NCBI GenBank assembly: GCA_963668025.2
Contig: CAXXTH010000018.1
Coordinates: forward strand, 384,001-448,000
DNA from: Candidatus Hydrogenedentota bacterium
Lineage (GTDB): Bacteria > Hydrogenedentota > Hydrogenedentia > Hydrogenedentales > SLHB01
Length of the DNA: 64,000 bases
Direction: 5' to 3'
Position 1 is the stretch's first letter, and each line of letters opens with the position of its first letter. Under the pieces are notes generated by a model that had not been told where the DNA came from, ran no database searches, and was given only the letters and a program-made list of their open reading frames with translations. Below, piece after piece: positions 20,518 through 31,500 of the stretch. Both the position numbers and the translations under genes were made by a program.

Positions 20518-21531
20518 ATGAGACATTCTAAGTTCTACACCACGGTTCTTTTTTCTATCTGTATGTGTTCCTTGGCATGGGCAGGCACCGTTGTAGAAAA
20601 TTTCGACGATGGCGCTCTAGATTGTCCATGGGCTGTCAGCACGATGTGGAATCCGACCACTGCTACGAACACGGATTTTACGGTTGCCAATGGAGTTGGA
20701 ACTTTTGCGCAGACAGGCGATAGTACGACGGCGAGCGTTGGCACTTTTGCCGAAAGCAACGTAGGCAGCTATATCTACGGTGATTTCACGATGGAATGGA
20801 CCTTTCCAGACATTCAGCAGTTCCAGGATGGTATGGCCGCAAGCTTGTTCCAGGGATTATTCTGGGTTGAGGGCGGGGGAGTCAGTTCGTCGATTATCTA
20901 CATCTTCCGAGGCGGTAACACTCTTTGGTACTGCGCCATGGGAGCAGATCCAGCCCTTCAGCTAGACATAACATCAGCCACCAAAGTGCAATTTCGGCTT
21001 GTGAAAACAGACGACGGTACGGACAGTTGGCTGCATTTCTGGTATAACGTTGATGACACTGGCTGGTCCGAATATGTGGGAGATCTATATCCTCACCAAT
21101 GGCCAGGCGGCTCGGGAAAGGGGGTATTCCCATATATGCGTTTTTACCATAACATTGATTTATCAATTGATATTGACGACCTTACCCTTACCAATGATGC
21201 GCTGCCAGACGATTACTCTTGCTCATGGGGCGAAATCCCAGGAGCAACTATTCCCGATGTATCGGGCATGAGCCAAGCGGATGCGGTCGCCGCTCTTGAG
21301 GCCGCGGGGTATGTCGTAAGTGTGCAACAAGAAGCCAGCGACACCGTAGCAGCGGGTAATATTGTCCGCACCGATCCCGTATCAGGCACTGAATTGGCGG
21401 CTGGCGAAACCGTTACCGTAGTGGTTTCAACGGGTTCAGGAGCGACGGAGCTGCCAGTGGGCGGCTTGGCATTGATGGCATTGATATCTACTGCACTCGG
21501 TTCTATTTGCGTATACCGCAGAAAGAAATAA
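20518..21531 (+). CDS. Secreted protein with a PASTA domain and a C-terminal anchor tail
   Basis: Signal peptide ending AWA; IPDVSGMSQADAVAALEAAGY..SDTVAAGNIVRTDP (PASTA); ELPVGGLALMALISTALGSICVYRRKK. Confidence 0.82.
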   Translation: MRHSKFYTTVLFSICMCSLAWAGTVVENFDDGALDCPWAVSTMWNPTTATNTDFTVANGVGTFAQTGDSTTASVGTFAESNVGSYIYGDFTMEWTFPDIQQFQDGMAASLFQGLFWVEGGGVSSSIIYIFRGGNTLWYCAMGADPALQLDITSATKVQFRLVKTDDGTDSWLHFWYNVDDTGWSEYVGDLYPHQWPGGSGKGVFPYMRFYHNIDLSIDIDDLTLTNDALPDDYSCSWGEIPGATIPDVSGMSQADAVAALEAAGYVVSVQQEASDTVAAGNIVRTDPVSGTELAAGETVTVVVSTGSGATELPVGGLALMALISTALGSICVYRRKK

Positions 21532-21580
21532 GCGCACGTACTCATCACTCGACGCTAGTCATCCTCTAGTGTCTATATGC

Positions 21581-21613
21581 GGCCGGGGATTGACCTTCAT
21601 TCGATCTCCGGCC
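21581..21613 (+). terminator. Stem-loop after the cassette
   Basis: ggccggggattga...tcgatctccggcc. Confidence 0.5.
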
Positions 21614-21727
21614 TCACTGTTTAGCATTGCATTGGCTTACAAAAACTCAAATGCGGAATAATAAGAAAGCTTAGCAATATCGAGACTGCATCGCTGGACA
21701 TGAACAAGGCAAGGAGAACACTCCATC

Positions 21728-24727
21728 ATGATTGCATGCCCTTCTTCTTTTCTGAAGCCCATGGCATTTGCATTCCTCTTCGCATCCTGCTGCACCGCGT
21801 GGGCGGCGGACGCGCCCGTCGTCCTGGAATCCGGCCAAGGGGCCGCCGCCCGGTTCGAGCATTCTGGAACTGGCTACCTTTGGACTGGTTACGAGGATCG
21901 TACGGCGGGGACGTTATGGGCCATCAGCGGACCGCGTTTCAGTTTCGAGACATCCGATGGGAAACAGACAGCCCTTGGTGATACAGGTGCGGCGCGCATC
22001 ACGCAGGAAGCGCCGGATGGCGCGCCGCAAGTCGTGCTCGAAACGGATATCCCAGGCTCTGCACTAATCGTGCGCCAGACGTTCACCTTCTGTAAAGATG
22101 GGCGCACACTGCACATCAAGACGGCGATGCGGTCAACAAAGGCTCCGGTGCTTGTCGAACGCGCTGGATTGCTGGAGGTCACGGTCGCAGGTGAAACGCT
22201 ACACCTTACCGGCGCTGAAGTCGCGTCGTATCCCGTTTTCGGAGACCGCATCTTCGCCGGTGTTGAGCACCCATCCGTGTCGTGCCAGGCCCAAGGGGAC
22301 ACCCTTTCCCTAAGCCAGCGTCCGCACACAGAGATAAAAGATGCTTGGGTGGACTTGCCTGCGGCGGTGTTCGGCTCGGCGTCCAATGAAGATGCTGCAT
22401 CCTATGGCGCGGAGGAGGGGCTGCGGCGGGCCTTTCTACGGTATCTGGACACCGTTCGGATCAAGCCGGCCGACTTGCATGTCCATTACAACGACTGGTG
22501 GACGGCCCCCATACCGTCGTCCGAGAAGTTCGTGCTGGAGAACTTCGCGGCCCTCAAGCGGGACTTATTCGATACGACAGGTTTCTTTTTTGATGCCTAT
22601 GCGATGGACATGGGATGGTCAGATCCAAACACGGTGTGGGAGATCGATACGAAAAACTTCCCCGAGGGGTTTGGCCGGGTTCGGGATGCTTTGGCCACGG
22701 TGGGATGCCGTCCTGGGCTATGGGTCTCCCCAAGCAGCCTCTATCCTCCCGCATTGGACAACAAGTGGCTGGCATCCGCCGGGTATGAGGTCATTCCGGC
22801 CATCAAGGACAAATGGCCGAATATGGACGCCGCATGCCTCGCCCTCGGCGGCAAATACCAGAAGGCGTTCAAGGAAGCCTTGCTGAAACACGCCCAGGCG
22901 GCGAACCTCGCCCACGTCAAGTTTGACGGACTCCTAATCCAGTGCGAAGCGGAGAACCACGGGCATAAACCGGGTGTCGAGTCTCAATTGTCAATCGCCG
23001 AGGGCTTGATGGACGTGTTCGACGCTCTGCGCGAGATCAATCCCGAGATCGCGCTCGAACCCACGTGCTTCTGGTATCCGAGTCCCTGGTGGCTCATGCA
23101 TGTGCCCTTCTGCATCGGCTCGTTTGGGGCCGACAGCCCCCGGGGCCGGTGTCCCTGTCCCGATTGGGTAGAGTCCATGACCACGGCCCGCGACATCGAG
23201 AACTTGAAAGGACGCGGGATCCTGATGCCCAGTTCGGCGCTGCAATGCTTCGATATCGTCGTGCAATGGCCCGGAGCTTTCCAGAACCATGCGAGCATGG
23301 CTATCGGCCGCGGCCGGTGGTTCATCTCCAGCTACATCAACCCGGAATATATGAACCATGAGGAATGGCGGTTCTTTGCCGACCTCATCGCGTGGGCCCG
23401 GCATAACCGGGAATTTCTCCAGGAGCCGTTCCCTATCGGCGGCGACCCCGCCCAGCGCCAGAGCTACGGGTACGCATTTCTCGGCGAGACTCGGCGTCTC
23501 TACTGTCTTCGAAATCCCTGGATAACGGAGGCCTCATTCGCATTTCCCGAGAACTCTACAACAGCGCCCTTTGGCCCGTATACCGAAGTTCGGACACTCT
23601 ATCCGAGGCGGGAGCTCCTGGCGCGGGTGGCGAAGGGAGAGGCGCTTCCGCCCGTTCCGCTGGGGCCGTACGACACGGTCTTCGTGGAGATGGTTCCCTC
23701 GGAGCAGGAACCTGATACGATCAAAGAAAAGGCGTCGAAGCCGCGCGTGGCCTGGCGGCCTAAGGGGGAGCCGGTCATGAAGCGGATTGCCTTTGAGGAA
23801 GAACCAGCCGCCCTGGCTCCTTCGTGGACTTGTCCTGATGGCGAGGCAACGGAAATGCTCGAGTTTCAAACCGCCGCCAAGCTCACCGTGCGCGGCGCCC
23901 TATCGAGTGAGTTGTGCATCCTCTGTGAGGGGGACGAGGAGATCAGCGCCAGTTCGTGCGTAGTGACAATCGATGGGAAGCTAGCGCCCATCGAAGACTC
24001 GAGCTCTTTCAAGTCCTTCGCGGTCGGCCCTGTTACAAATGAGAACTGGATGTGGTTTCTGGCTCCCGTTCCCTCGGGACGGCATAACATCGCTATCCGG
24101 GTCCGCATGAAGAACGTAGACGAGAACAGCGTCGCGGTCTACCTGCGGGGAACTGTTAAGGCGAACCCGTCGGAGCCGCCCTTCACAGAAGGCCCGAGTT
24201 ACCCCCTCTACCGTGAGGGCCAGCGGGGCTGGTCCCAGTTGCTCGTGCCCACGGTCCAAGGCAGCAGCGCCCCGGCTGCCATGGAGCGGTGTCCCCGCGA
24301 GGTTATTCGGATTGATGGCGTCTACCTCGATTCGTTGCAGCGGACAGAGGCGAGCACCGGCATCGTGCAGCAGAATCGCCCCCTTTCTGGTGAATACCTA
24401 TCCATGGGGCCCAGGTCTCTGTTTCGGCGGGGATTGGGGACATGCGCGCCCGGGCGCATTGTTTATGATATCCCAACAGGCTACACGGCCTTCGCAGCCA
24501 CAATAGGCTGCCAGCGGGAAGCGGCCACCTACGGTTCCGTGGTGTTTTTGGTGGAAGCGGATGGAAAGGAACTGTTTCGCAGCCCGGTCATGCATCACGG
24601 CAGCACGCCAATCGACGTCCGAGTCCCCATCGGCGGCGCATCGCAATTGGCTCTTATCGTTGACAATGCTGGCGACAACTCATCTTACGACCACGCCAAC
24701 TGGGCCGACGCACGATTTCTCAAGTAA
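21728..24727 (+). CDS. Secreted alpha-galactosidase-like (clan GH-D-like) protein with a C-terminal NPCBM/NEW2 domain
   Basis: HYNDWW, AMDMGW, FPEGF, PGLWVSP, HVKFDG; C-terminal FAATIG..GSVVFLVEADGK..DHANWADARF. Confidence 0.72.
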   Translation: MIACPSSFLKPMAFAFLFASCCTAWAADAPVVLESGQGAAARFEHSGTGYLWTGYEDRTAGTLWAISGPRFSFETSDGKQTALGDTGAARITQEAPDGAPQVVLETDIPGSALIVRQTFTFCKDGRTLHIKTAMRSTKAPVLVERAGLLEVTVAGETLHLTGAEVASYPVFGDRIFAGVEHPSVSCQAQGDTLSLSQRPHTEIKDAWVDLPAAVFGSASNEDAASYGAEEGLRRAFLRYLDTVRIKPADLHVHYNDWWTAPIPSSEKFVLENFAALKRDLFDTTGFFFDAYAMDMGWSDPNTVWEIDTKNFPEGFGRVRDALATVGCRPGLWVSPSSLYPPALDNKWLASAGYEVIPAIKDKWPNMDAACLALGGKYQKAFKEALLKHAQAANLAHVKFDGLLIQCEAENHGHKPGVESQLSIAEGLMDVFDALREINPEIALEPTCFWYPSPWWLMHVPFCIGSFGADSPRGRCPCPDWVESMTTARDIENLKGRGILMPSSALQCFDIVVQWPGAFQNHASMAIGRGRWFISSYINPEYMNHEEWRFFADLIAWARHNREFLQEPFPIGGDPAQRQSYGYAFLGETRRLYCLRNPWITEASFAFPENSTTAPFGPYTEVRTLYPRRELLARVAKGEALPPVPLGPYDTVFVEMVPSEQEPDTIKEKASKPRVAWRPKGEPVMKRIAFEEEPAALAPSWTCPDGEATEMLEFQTAAKLTVRGALSSELCILCEGDEEISASSCVVTIDGKLAPIEDSSSFKSFAVGPVTNENWMWFLAPVPSGRHNIAIRVRMKNVDENSVAVYLRGTVKANPSEPPFTEGPSYPLYREGQRGWSQLLVPTVQGSSAPAAMERCPREVIRIDGVYLDSLQRTEASTGIVQQNRPLSGEYLSMGPRSLFRRGLGTCAPGRIVYDIPTGYTAFAATIGCQREAATYGSVVFLVEADGKELFRSPVMHHGSTPIDVRVPIGGASQLALIVDNAGDNSSYDHANWADARFLK

Positions 24728-24862
24728 TTGCTCCGGCAGGAGGCCGAACGGGCTCTGCTGTATTGAAAACCACCGTTGCCAAGCCGTTGTTGAAACGGCT
24801 TGGCGACGGTGTTTTGTACTGGAATCGTATCAAGATTGAGTCCAATAGGCCATGGCAAAGAT

Positions 24863-25747
24863 CTATTCGGCCAGCTTCTTGATGGCGCTCGGGCACATGC
24901 CGAAATAGCTGGAGAACTCACGCGAGAACTCGTGCATGCGTGCGTATCCCAGGTATTCGGAGACTTGCGTGACCGTCATCGGACAGTACTTCAAAAGGCT
25001 CATCGCCTCGGCCATCCGGACCGCCTGCAAGCGTTGTATTGGCGACGTGTCGGTGGCCTTTCGACAGAGCCGGTCGATGGTCGCACGGCTTCGGTGGGAC
25101 ATGTTGCACAAGTCCGTGATCGTGGGGCGAAAAATCTGTTGCTGGCGGAGATCCCGCTCGATTGCCCACCACGTTTCCTCTTCTTGCGCATTCTCAAGCG
25201 ACACGGAGTAGGTATGGCATACCAGCGCTAAAAGACTGTAAAGGGTCGCAAACGCACTGAGCTTTCTTCGGACGGGATTCGCAATACGCGTCACATTATA
25301 CAGGTTCTTGAACGCCTCCCGGATCGCTTTTGTCGACCGTACGACACACTCCTGGACGGGAAGAGGACGGAAAGAAGGAGCGATGAATCCCACGGAGTAG
25401 AACGTGACAGGCTGAAGCACATTTAAGACTTCGATTTCCTGCGAATCATGAAAATAAACCAGGCTTCCTTTTTGGACGCGGTATTGTTTCCCCATCGTCC
25501 TTAGCGTATACGTTCCTTGTAGGGTTAATTGTACAACATGGCCAGCAAGCGTATACAGGCGCGTGTCGTCGCCTGGCATGCGGACAAACCTCCACACGCC
25601 CGTAATCTGTTCAATCGGCGCTATGTTACTCGGCATGAGCAGCCTGCCTGGCGTATCCGGCCTTATGGCATTCTGAATACTGGCTGGCATAACGGGTGGC
25701 CGAACAAAATAATCTAGTGGTTTAGGCATCACATCGCTCTCCAACAA
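24863..25747 (-). CDS. AraC-family transcriptional regulator (copy 2, close paralog of 17104-17988)
   Basis: Same length (294 aa) and long identical blocks shared with copy 1. Confidence 0.9.
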   Translation of the reverse strand: MLESDVMPKPLDYFVRPPVMPASIQNAIRPDTPGRLLMPSNIAPIEQITGVWRFVRMPGDDTRLYTLAGHVVQLTLQGTYTLRTMGKQYRVQKGSLVYFHDSQEIEVLNVLQPVTFYSVGFIAPSFRPLPVQECVVRSTKAIREAFKNLYNVTRIANPVRRKLSAFATLYSLLALVCHTYSVSLENAQEEETWWAIERDLRQQQIFRPTITDLCNMSHRSRATIDRLCRKATDTSPIQRLQAVRMAEAMSLLKYCPMTVTQVSEYLGYARMHEFSREFSSYFGMCPSAIKKLAE

Positions 25748-25889
25748 ACTTCCGTATTCTGACTCAAACGGTTGTTAATTTTCCTGAACAGTTTTCATGC
25801 TCTCCGGATGTTTTTAGCTTACATTATATATGGCTTCTTGTCATTTCCGGTTCTCTTCATTTGGCGGCAAGGATGCTGGCAGTGAGTGA

Positions 25890-25959
25890 AAATGCGAAAT
25901 GAATTGATGAGGTCTGCTGAAGACATCACTGCTGAAAAAAGCAATAATGCAGTGGTTAC
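25890..25959 (+). promoter_or_regulatory. 70-bp conserved regulatory block, copy 2
   Basis: AAATGCGAAATGAA..TGAT..TGCTGAAGACAT...ATAAT..TGGTTAC is shared with 18997-19066. Confidence 0.7.
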
Positions 25960-26112
25960 GAACATACCGGCGGTAACAATACCTTGAGGTGTCCGGGCCA
26001 AAGTCATGCTAGGATATGAATAGGCTTTTAAAAAACCGACATGCATTGTGAAAAGCAGGCCGGTTAGGCCTATACGATGAACCTTGTATCATCTGGTAGG
26101 AGAAAACATGCC

Positions 26113-27426
26113 ATGACAAAAATTGCGCGCAGGGAATTTATCGGGCTCGGAGCAGCCGCGACAGTCGGCATACTTACCGCTGGGGCTTGGGGCCAAACCG
26201 GGGAAAAGCCGAATGAGCTGGTGCGAATTGGAGTGGTAGGAACGGGCGGTCGCGGCTCCGGTCTCCTTGGCATGATGCTGCGAATGAAAGGCATCTCCGT
26301 ACCCGCGTTGTGCGATACGAACGCCGCCAATCTCGCTTACGCGCAGGGGCTTGTAGAAAAAGCAGGACTCCCAAAACCCGAAGGGTACTCCAAAGATGAG
26401 GAAGCGTTCCGTGATTTGATGGCGCGCGACGATATCGACGCCGTCATCATCGCAACGCCATGGCAGTGGCACACGCCCATGGCGGTCTGCGGCATGAAAT
26501 GTGGTAAATATGTCGGCGTGGAAGTTCCGGCGGCCTTGTCGCTCGAAGAGTGCTGGCAACTGGTGGACACCTACGAGGAAACCAAGATACCGTGCATGAT
26601 GCTCGAGAACTGGAGTTTCCGCCGCGACAACCTTGCCGTGCTCCATATGATCCGCGAAGGGCTGCTGGGCGAGATGGTCCATTGCCATTGCGCGCATTCC
26701 CACGACTGTATTGATGAATGGTTCTTCGATAAAGAAGGCAACATGCGCTGGGGCGGCGAATTCCTCGTAAAATACAACCGCGACCAGTATCCGACCCACA
26801 GCCTCGGCCCAGTGCTCAGTTGGATGGACATCAATTGCGGCGACGCCTTCGCCACAGTCACCTCAACCGCAACCGACTCCCGGGGCATCAACGCACACTT
26901 TTCCCGGAAATTCGGGCCCGATCATCCCAATGCGAAGCGGGAATACAAACAAGGCGACATCGTCACGTCCGTTATCCGAACCCACAAGGGCAAGTCGATT
27001 GTCGTGAACTACGACATGCAGTTGCCGCGCCCCTATGACAACCGGTGGATGATCCAAGGCACGCTTGGGCTTTATGATGAAGACAAGAGCGCGGTCTATT
27101 TGGAAGGGAAAAGCCCCACTCCTCATGCGTGGGAGCCGTTTGCGCCGTACCAGGAGCAATACGAGCATGCTTGGTGGAAAACCACCCGTGAAGAAGCGGA
27201 GAGCTTCGGGCATGATGGAACGGATTACATGGAATTGCGCAAGTTCCTCGACGCCGTCCGCACTAAAACTCAAACGCCGATAGACATTTATGACTCGGTC
27301 GTGATGTCTTGCCTGGTGCCATTGTCCGAGCAATCCATTAATCAAGGAAGCGCACCTGTCGAGTGCCCCGATTTCACCCGAGGAAAATGGAAGACCCAGA
27401 AACCTTCGTTCGCTATGGAAATCTAG
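26113..27426 (+). CDS. Tat-exported Gfo/Idh/MocA NAD-dependent glycosidase (GH109-like)
   Basis: ARREFIG Tat motif, GVVGTGGRG, IATPWQWH, VEVPAA, MLEN, YPTH, PDFTRG. Confidence 0.85.
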   Translation: MTKIARREFIGLGAAATVGILTAGAWGQTGEKPNELVRIGVVGTGGRGSGLLGMMLRMKGISVPALCDTNAANLAYAQGLVEKAGLPKPEGYSKDEEAFRDLMARDDIDAVIIATPWQWHTPMAVCGMKCGKYVGVEVPAALSLEECWQLVDTYEETKIPCMMLENWSFRRDNLAVLHMIREGLLGEMVHCHCAHSHDCIDEWFFDKEGNMRWGGEFLVKYNRDQYPTHSLGPVLSWMDINCGDAFATVTSTATDSRGINAHFSRKFGPDHPNAKREYKQGDIVTSVIRTHKGKSIVVNYDMQLPRPYDNRWMIQGTLGLYDEDKSAVYLEGKSPTPHAWEPFAPYQEQYEHAWWKTTREEAESFGHDGTDYMELRKFLDAVRTKTQTPIDIYDSVVMSCLVPLSEQSINQGSAPVECPDFTRGKWKTQKPSFAMEI

Positions 27427-27458
27427 CGGTTCAACCCATATAACGGAATAAACACACC

Positions 27459-28508
27459 ATGAAAAATGACACCATGTCACCCCGGGAGCGATGGCTGGCC
27501 GTGTTGCAACGGCAGAAGCCCGACCGAGTGCCGATGGATATCTGGATTACGCCAGAGGCCAGCGAAGCGCTGTGCCGCCACATGGGCTGCGAATGGCCGG
27601 ATGTGCTAGACCGGCTCCACATCGACACGCCCCTCACCGTGGACGGGCGTTATGCCGGGCCGCTGCCCGAAGACGGCAAAGACATCTGGGGCATCCAGCA
27701 CAAAGCAGTGGATTATGGCACGGGCACGTACAGCGAAGCCGTGGCTGCGCCGCTGGCTGCGTACAATTCGGTCAGTGAAATCGAGGCCCATTACACTTGG
27801 CCGAATCCCGATCATTGGGACTACAGCCACCTGCCGCAAGAGGTTAATGGCCAGGAGCACCGCATCATCCGTGGCGGCGGTAGCGAGCCGTTCCTCCTGT
27901 ACAAGCTGCTTCGAGGCGACGCGCAGGCCTACCTGGACCTTATCATGAATCCCGATATCGTCCATTACTGCCTCGACCATATGTTCGAACTTGCGTACCA
28001 GAACACGCTCCGCATCTTCGAGGCCATCTCCGGCAAGGTGTCTATTACGTATGTCGCGGAGGATTTGGGCAGCCAGGAATCTCTGTTAATCTCTCCCGAG
28101 CACATCCGCGAATACTTGTTCCCCCGGATGAAGCGTATCATGGACCTGGCGCAGCAGAACGGCTCGTATGTGTTCACCCATTCGGACGGCTCGTTCCGGG
28201 AGGTCATCCCCGATCTCATCCGCATCGGAACCCAGGCATTAAACCCGATCCAGTGGCGTTGTACAGGCATGGACCGTGAAGGGCTCAAGCGGGATTTCGG
28301 CGATAGCCTCATTTTCCACGGCGGCGTCGACAACCAATATACGCTGCCCTTCGGCAGCGTCGAGGAAGTCCGCCAGGAAGTGCTGGACAATTATCGCATT
28401 CTGGGCGCGGGCGGCGGCTACATCCTCGCGCCATGCCACAATATCCAGTCAATCACGCCGCCCGAGAACATCATCGCTATGTACGAGACCGGGTATGAGT
28501 ACGGCTGA
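27459..28508 (+). CDS. Uroporphyrinogen decarboxylase / MtaA-CmuA family protein
   Basis: PDRVP, EDLGSQ, HSDG, LNPIQ, GGVDNQ, GGYILAPCHNIQ, PPENI. Confidence 0.85.
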   Translation: MKNDTMSPRERWLAVLQRQKPDRVPMDIWITPEASEALCRHMGCEWPDVLDRLHIDTPLTVDGRYAGPLPEDGKDIWGIQHKAVDYGTGTYSEAVAAPLAAYNSVSEIEAHYTWPNPDHWDYSHLPQEVNGQEHRIIRGGGSEPFLLYKLLRGDAQAYLDLIMNPDIVHYCLDHMFELAYQNTLRIFEAISGKVSITYVAEDLGSQESLLISPEHIREYLFPRMKRIMDLAQQNGSYVFTHSDGSFREVIPDLIRIGTQALNPIQWRCTGMDREGLKRDFGDSLIFHGGVDNQYTLPFGSVEEVRQEVLDNYRILGAGGGYILAPCHNIQSITPPENIIAMYETGYEYG

Positions 28509-28535
28509 AGAATCCTCTTCGCTGTCATGAAAAGA

Positions 28536-28578
28536 CTTGCCCCGCCATCTAGGCTACAAACCTGGATGGCGGGGCAAG
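28536..28578. terminator. Long hairpin between convergent genes
   Basis: cttgccccgccatctagg-N7-cctggatggcggggcaag. Confidence 0.7.
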
Positions 28579-28592
28579 CTCATTACTTGCGT

Positions 28593-31500
28593 CTATTGAA
28601 CCATCGAAGCTTTTTTCTTCCACGCAGCTATCATGAATACTGCCCCCGCAAGCAGGAAGGCCGCTAAGAGGGCATCCCATTCGAGCGGCAAGACAGGCAC
28701 ATCATTGGGATCATACGGATCAGAGCCAAGCTGCACTTCGATGCGGTCCGGCACGCCGTCATTGTCAGAATCGATATTGTCGGGATCACCAAGCACTTTC
28801 ACATCATCGATATTCCATCCGGAATATTGGAGTGCGAAGTCATTTTCGTCGGCATTGCCAAATACGGTATATCCCCAGCGCACATATACTTGAGCCTGCC
28901 GATCCGCCACTGCGGAAATGTCATACTGTACATCCGTCCAGGCGCGGTCCGTAATCACCTCTTCACTCGCCCAAATCGTTGTCCAGTTGGCATTGTCACT
29001 CGATACTTCCACTGTACACGGCACGTAATTGGGATGATCCGTATTGAGCCACCGCGCGAATGCGAGCTGGGTTTGCGTGTAGTAGGTGCAATCAAACGGC
29101 CCCGCCACGAGGTAATACGGCCCGCCGGGCATGATGTCATAATCGCCCGACAAATTGACGCCATATACAGTCGCACCGGTCTTGCCGCTCGTGGGATCAG
29201 GCCCGCCATAATAGGCGCCGCCGCCGCCCAGCGGCGCGCCATATTGCCATTGGCCATTGGCGGTCCAGGTAGACGGCTGGGAATCGAGCGTCACGAAATA
29301 GGCCACCTGCGGCTCCACCTCTAAATGGATCGTGCGTGAAACCGACAAGCCCGCGGTGGTATTCGTGAACAGCACCGTGGCCGCGTACGAGCCGCTCGAA
29401 AGCGCATCTGCCGCCGCATTGGGCGACACCGTTATAACCACGCTTTCGCCAGCAGCAATGGAGCCGCCCGATGGCGCGGCATCGAGCCAGGTATCCGAAG
29501 ATGCGGCGCTCCACTCAAACGCGCTGGCTCCTGGATTGCTGAGGGTAAACGCCACACTTGAGGGAGTGAATGGCCCATATACCGGTCCGGTGATAGGAGG
29601 AGCCACGCCTGGTTCGAGCATCAAGTCCTCGGACACCACTGAAAGTGTGCATGGAAGCGTTATTTCCGGCTGGGTAAGGTCGTTGCTCCGAATCACCAAA
29701 TCTACTGTGTACACACCCAACTCAAGGCCGGTCGCGTCAAACTTGAGCCATTTCTCGTTGGGCTCCGTTCCACTCACCACGGTCCCGCGCGCGGGCGACT
29801 CGAACGTAAGCCAGCTCGCGCCGCTGCCCGACACATAATCGAGCGCATTGGCCATGAGCGCAGCCCCATCCGTCGTGCTATCCCAAAGCAAACCGAGCCA
29901 CACCGTATCCGAAACAGGGAAGAAGCCCAAGTCCGCCCGGCGGACGCCGTTGTTTTCGCTTGCCGCAACCAAGATGCGCCCATCGGTCCATCGCGCGACA
30001 ATGTCCACGCCCGGATACGCGGTGTTGGCGCCGGGATGGAAACTCAGATCACCACCGGAGAATTCCGTTACGCCAGACATGATCGAGTGAGTGGGCTCCT
30101 CCACCACTCCAAGAGATTCTTCCTCATACCAAGCCACGTCATTTCGGTCCATCAGCACATAGTCCGAAGTGGCCCAGCGCCCGCCCATGACATAGCCGCT
30201 CAGGTCAAGAATATCGCCGCAGATCTCGAAGACACAGCCAACGACCCCGCCCCCTTCATCGACATAATCAGCCATGACATCGCCAAGGGTCGCCGCATCC
30301 GCATAGCTATCATTACTGAACACCAGCACGGCGGAAAACGCGCGCAACTCTTCGAGTTTCGGCGTAACCGCATGGAGATCTATCACCGTCACGCTCGTGA
30401 AGCGGCCCGTGCTGATCAGTTTGCTCCGCACATCGGACAAATATTCCGACGAATCTGCTCCACATACCGCCACGTCATACGCCCCTGACAACGGCGTGAC
30501 GCCCGCCTCCCCGGCCGTTAGGACCGAGGCGATATCATCCGGGCTGTCATATGCCACAGGACTAGAGCTTTCGGAATACAATTGTTTGATTATACGGTTG
30601 CTGCCCAATGAAAATGGGCCATATCCAATGCCGCTGCGAGTGCGCATCGATTCCACTGCTTGCTGAACGCGCGCGAAACGAACGGCGCGTTCTTCTTCGG
30701 TGGATATCGATGTATCCGAATTTTCCACGCGAATCAGATAAGACAGATCCGCTACGCCATCATTATAGATGCGCAGGCCGGGATCCAGCGTGGTTTGTTC
30801 ACCTTCCTTGAGCGTGATGTTAAGGGAATTGGGGGCTTCCACTCGGATGATCGGCGGCGGCGCATTGACAGCCAGCCTCACGCTCCGGTTGCGCGTCACA
30901 CTGGTCGCGGTGTTGGTGAACGTCACGAGATCCGTATAAACGCCCACGGCCAGCGCATCCACTTCCGCAGCCAGCGAAACATCCACCGTCACGGATTCAT
31001 CCGGCGCAAGCGAGCCGCCCGGCGACGAGAGTGCAAGCCAGGACTGGGAACACTCCACTGTCCAGTTGAGTGAAGTGCTTCCCCCATTGTGGAGCGTATA
31101 AGTGATGATCGAGGGGGAGAAAGGCCCGCCGATCACGCCTTCCGGCAGGAATCCCGTCTCCGGTGTGACTTCAAGGTCATCTATGATCTCAAACGCGGTC
31201 AGATCACTCTCGATATAGTCTTCCGGAAGGCCTTGGCCTTGGGAAAGGCCCGCCAAACCCTCTGATGCGTCCATTCTTAAATAGGTAATACGAATGGTTC
31301 CATCGAAATACATCTGGATTTGGAAGTTATTTTCATTATCCATGTCATAGATGGGGACGGCTTGCCAGGCCACCGACACATGGTCTGACCATTGCCGCCA
31401 GCTCACCACGCCCGACGTCTCCGGATCCAAATCATTCATCAGAGCACTGATACGAGGCAGGCTAAAATGGTGCTGCGTGGTAGCCGTATTACGCTCATCA

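Noticed and set aside
27459-28508. hemE assignment
   Set aside because: Lacks the MRQAGR motif of true HemE, and no hem genes are nearby.
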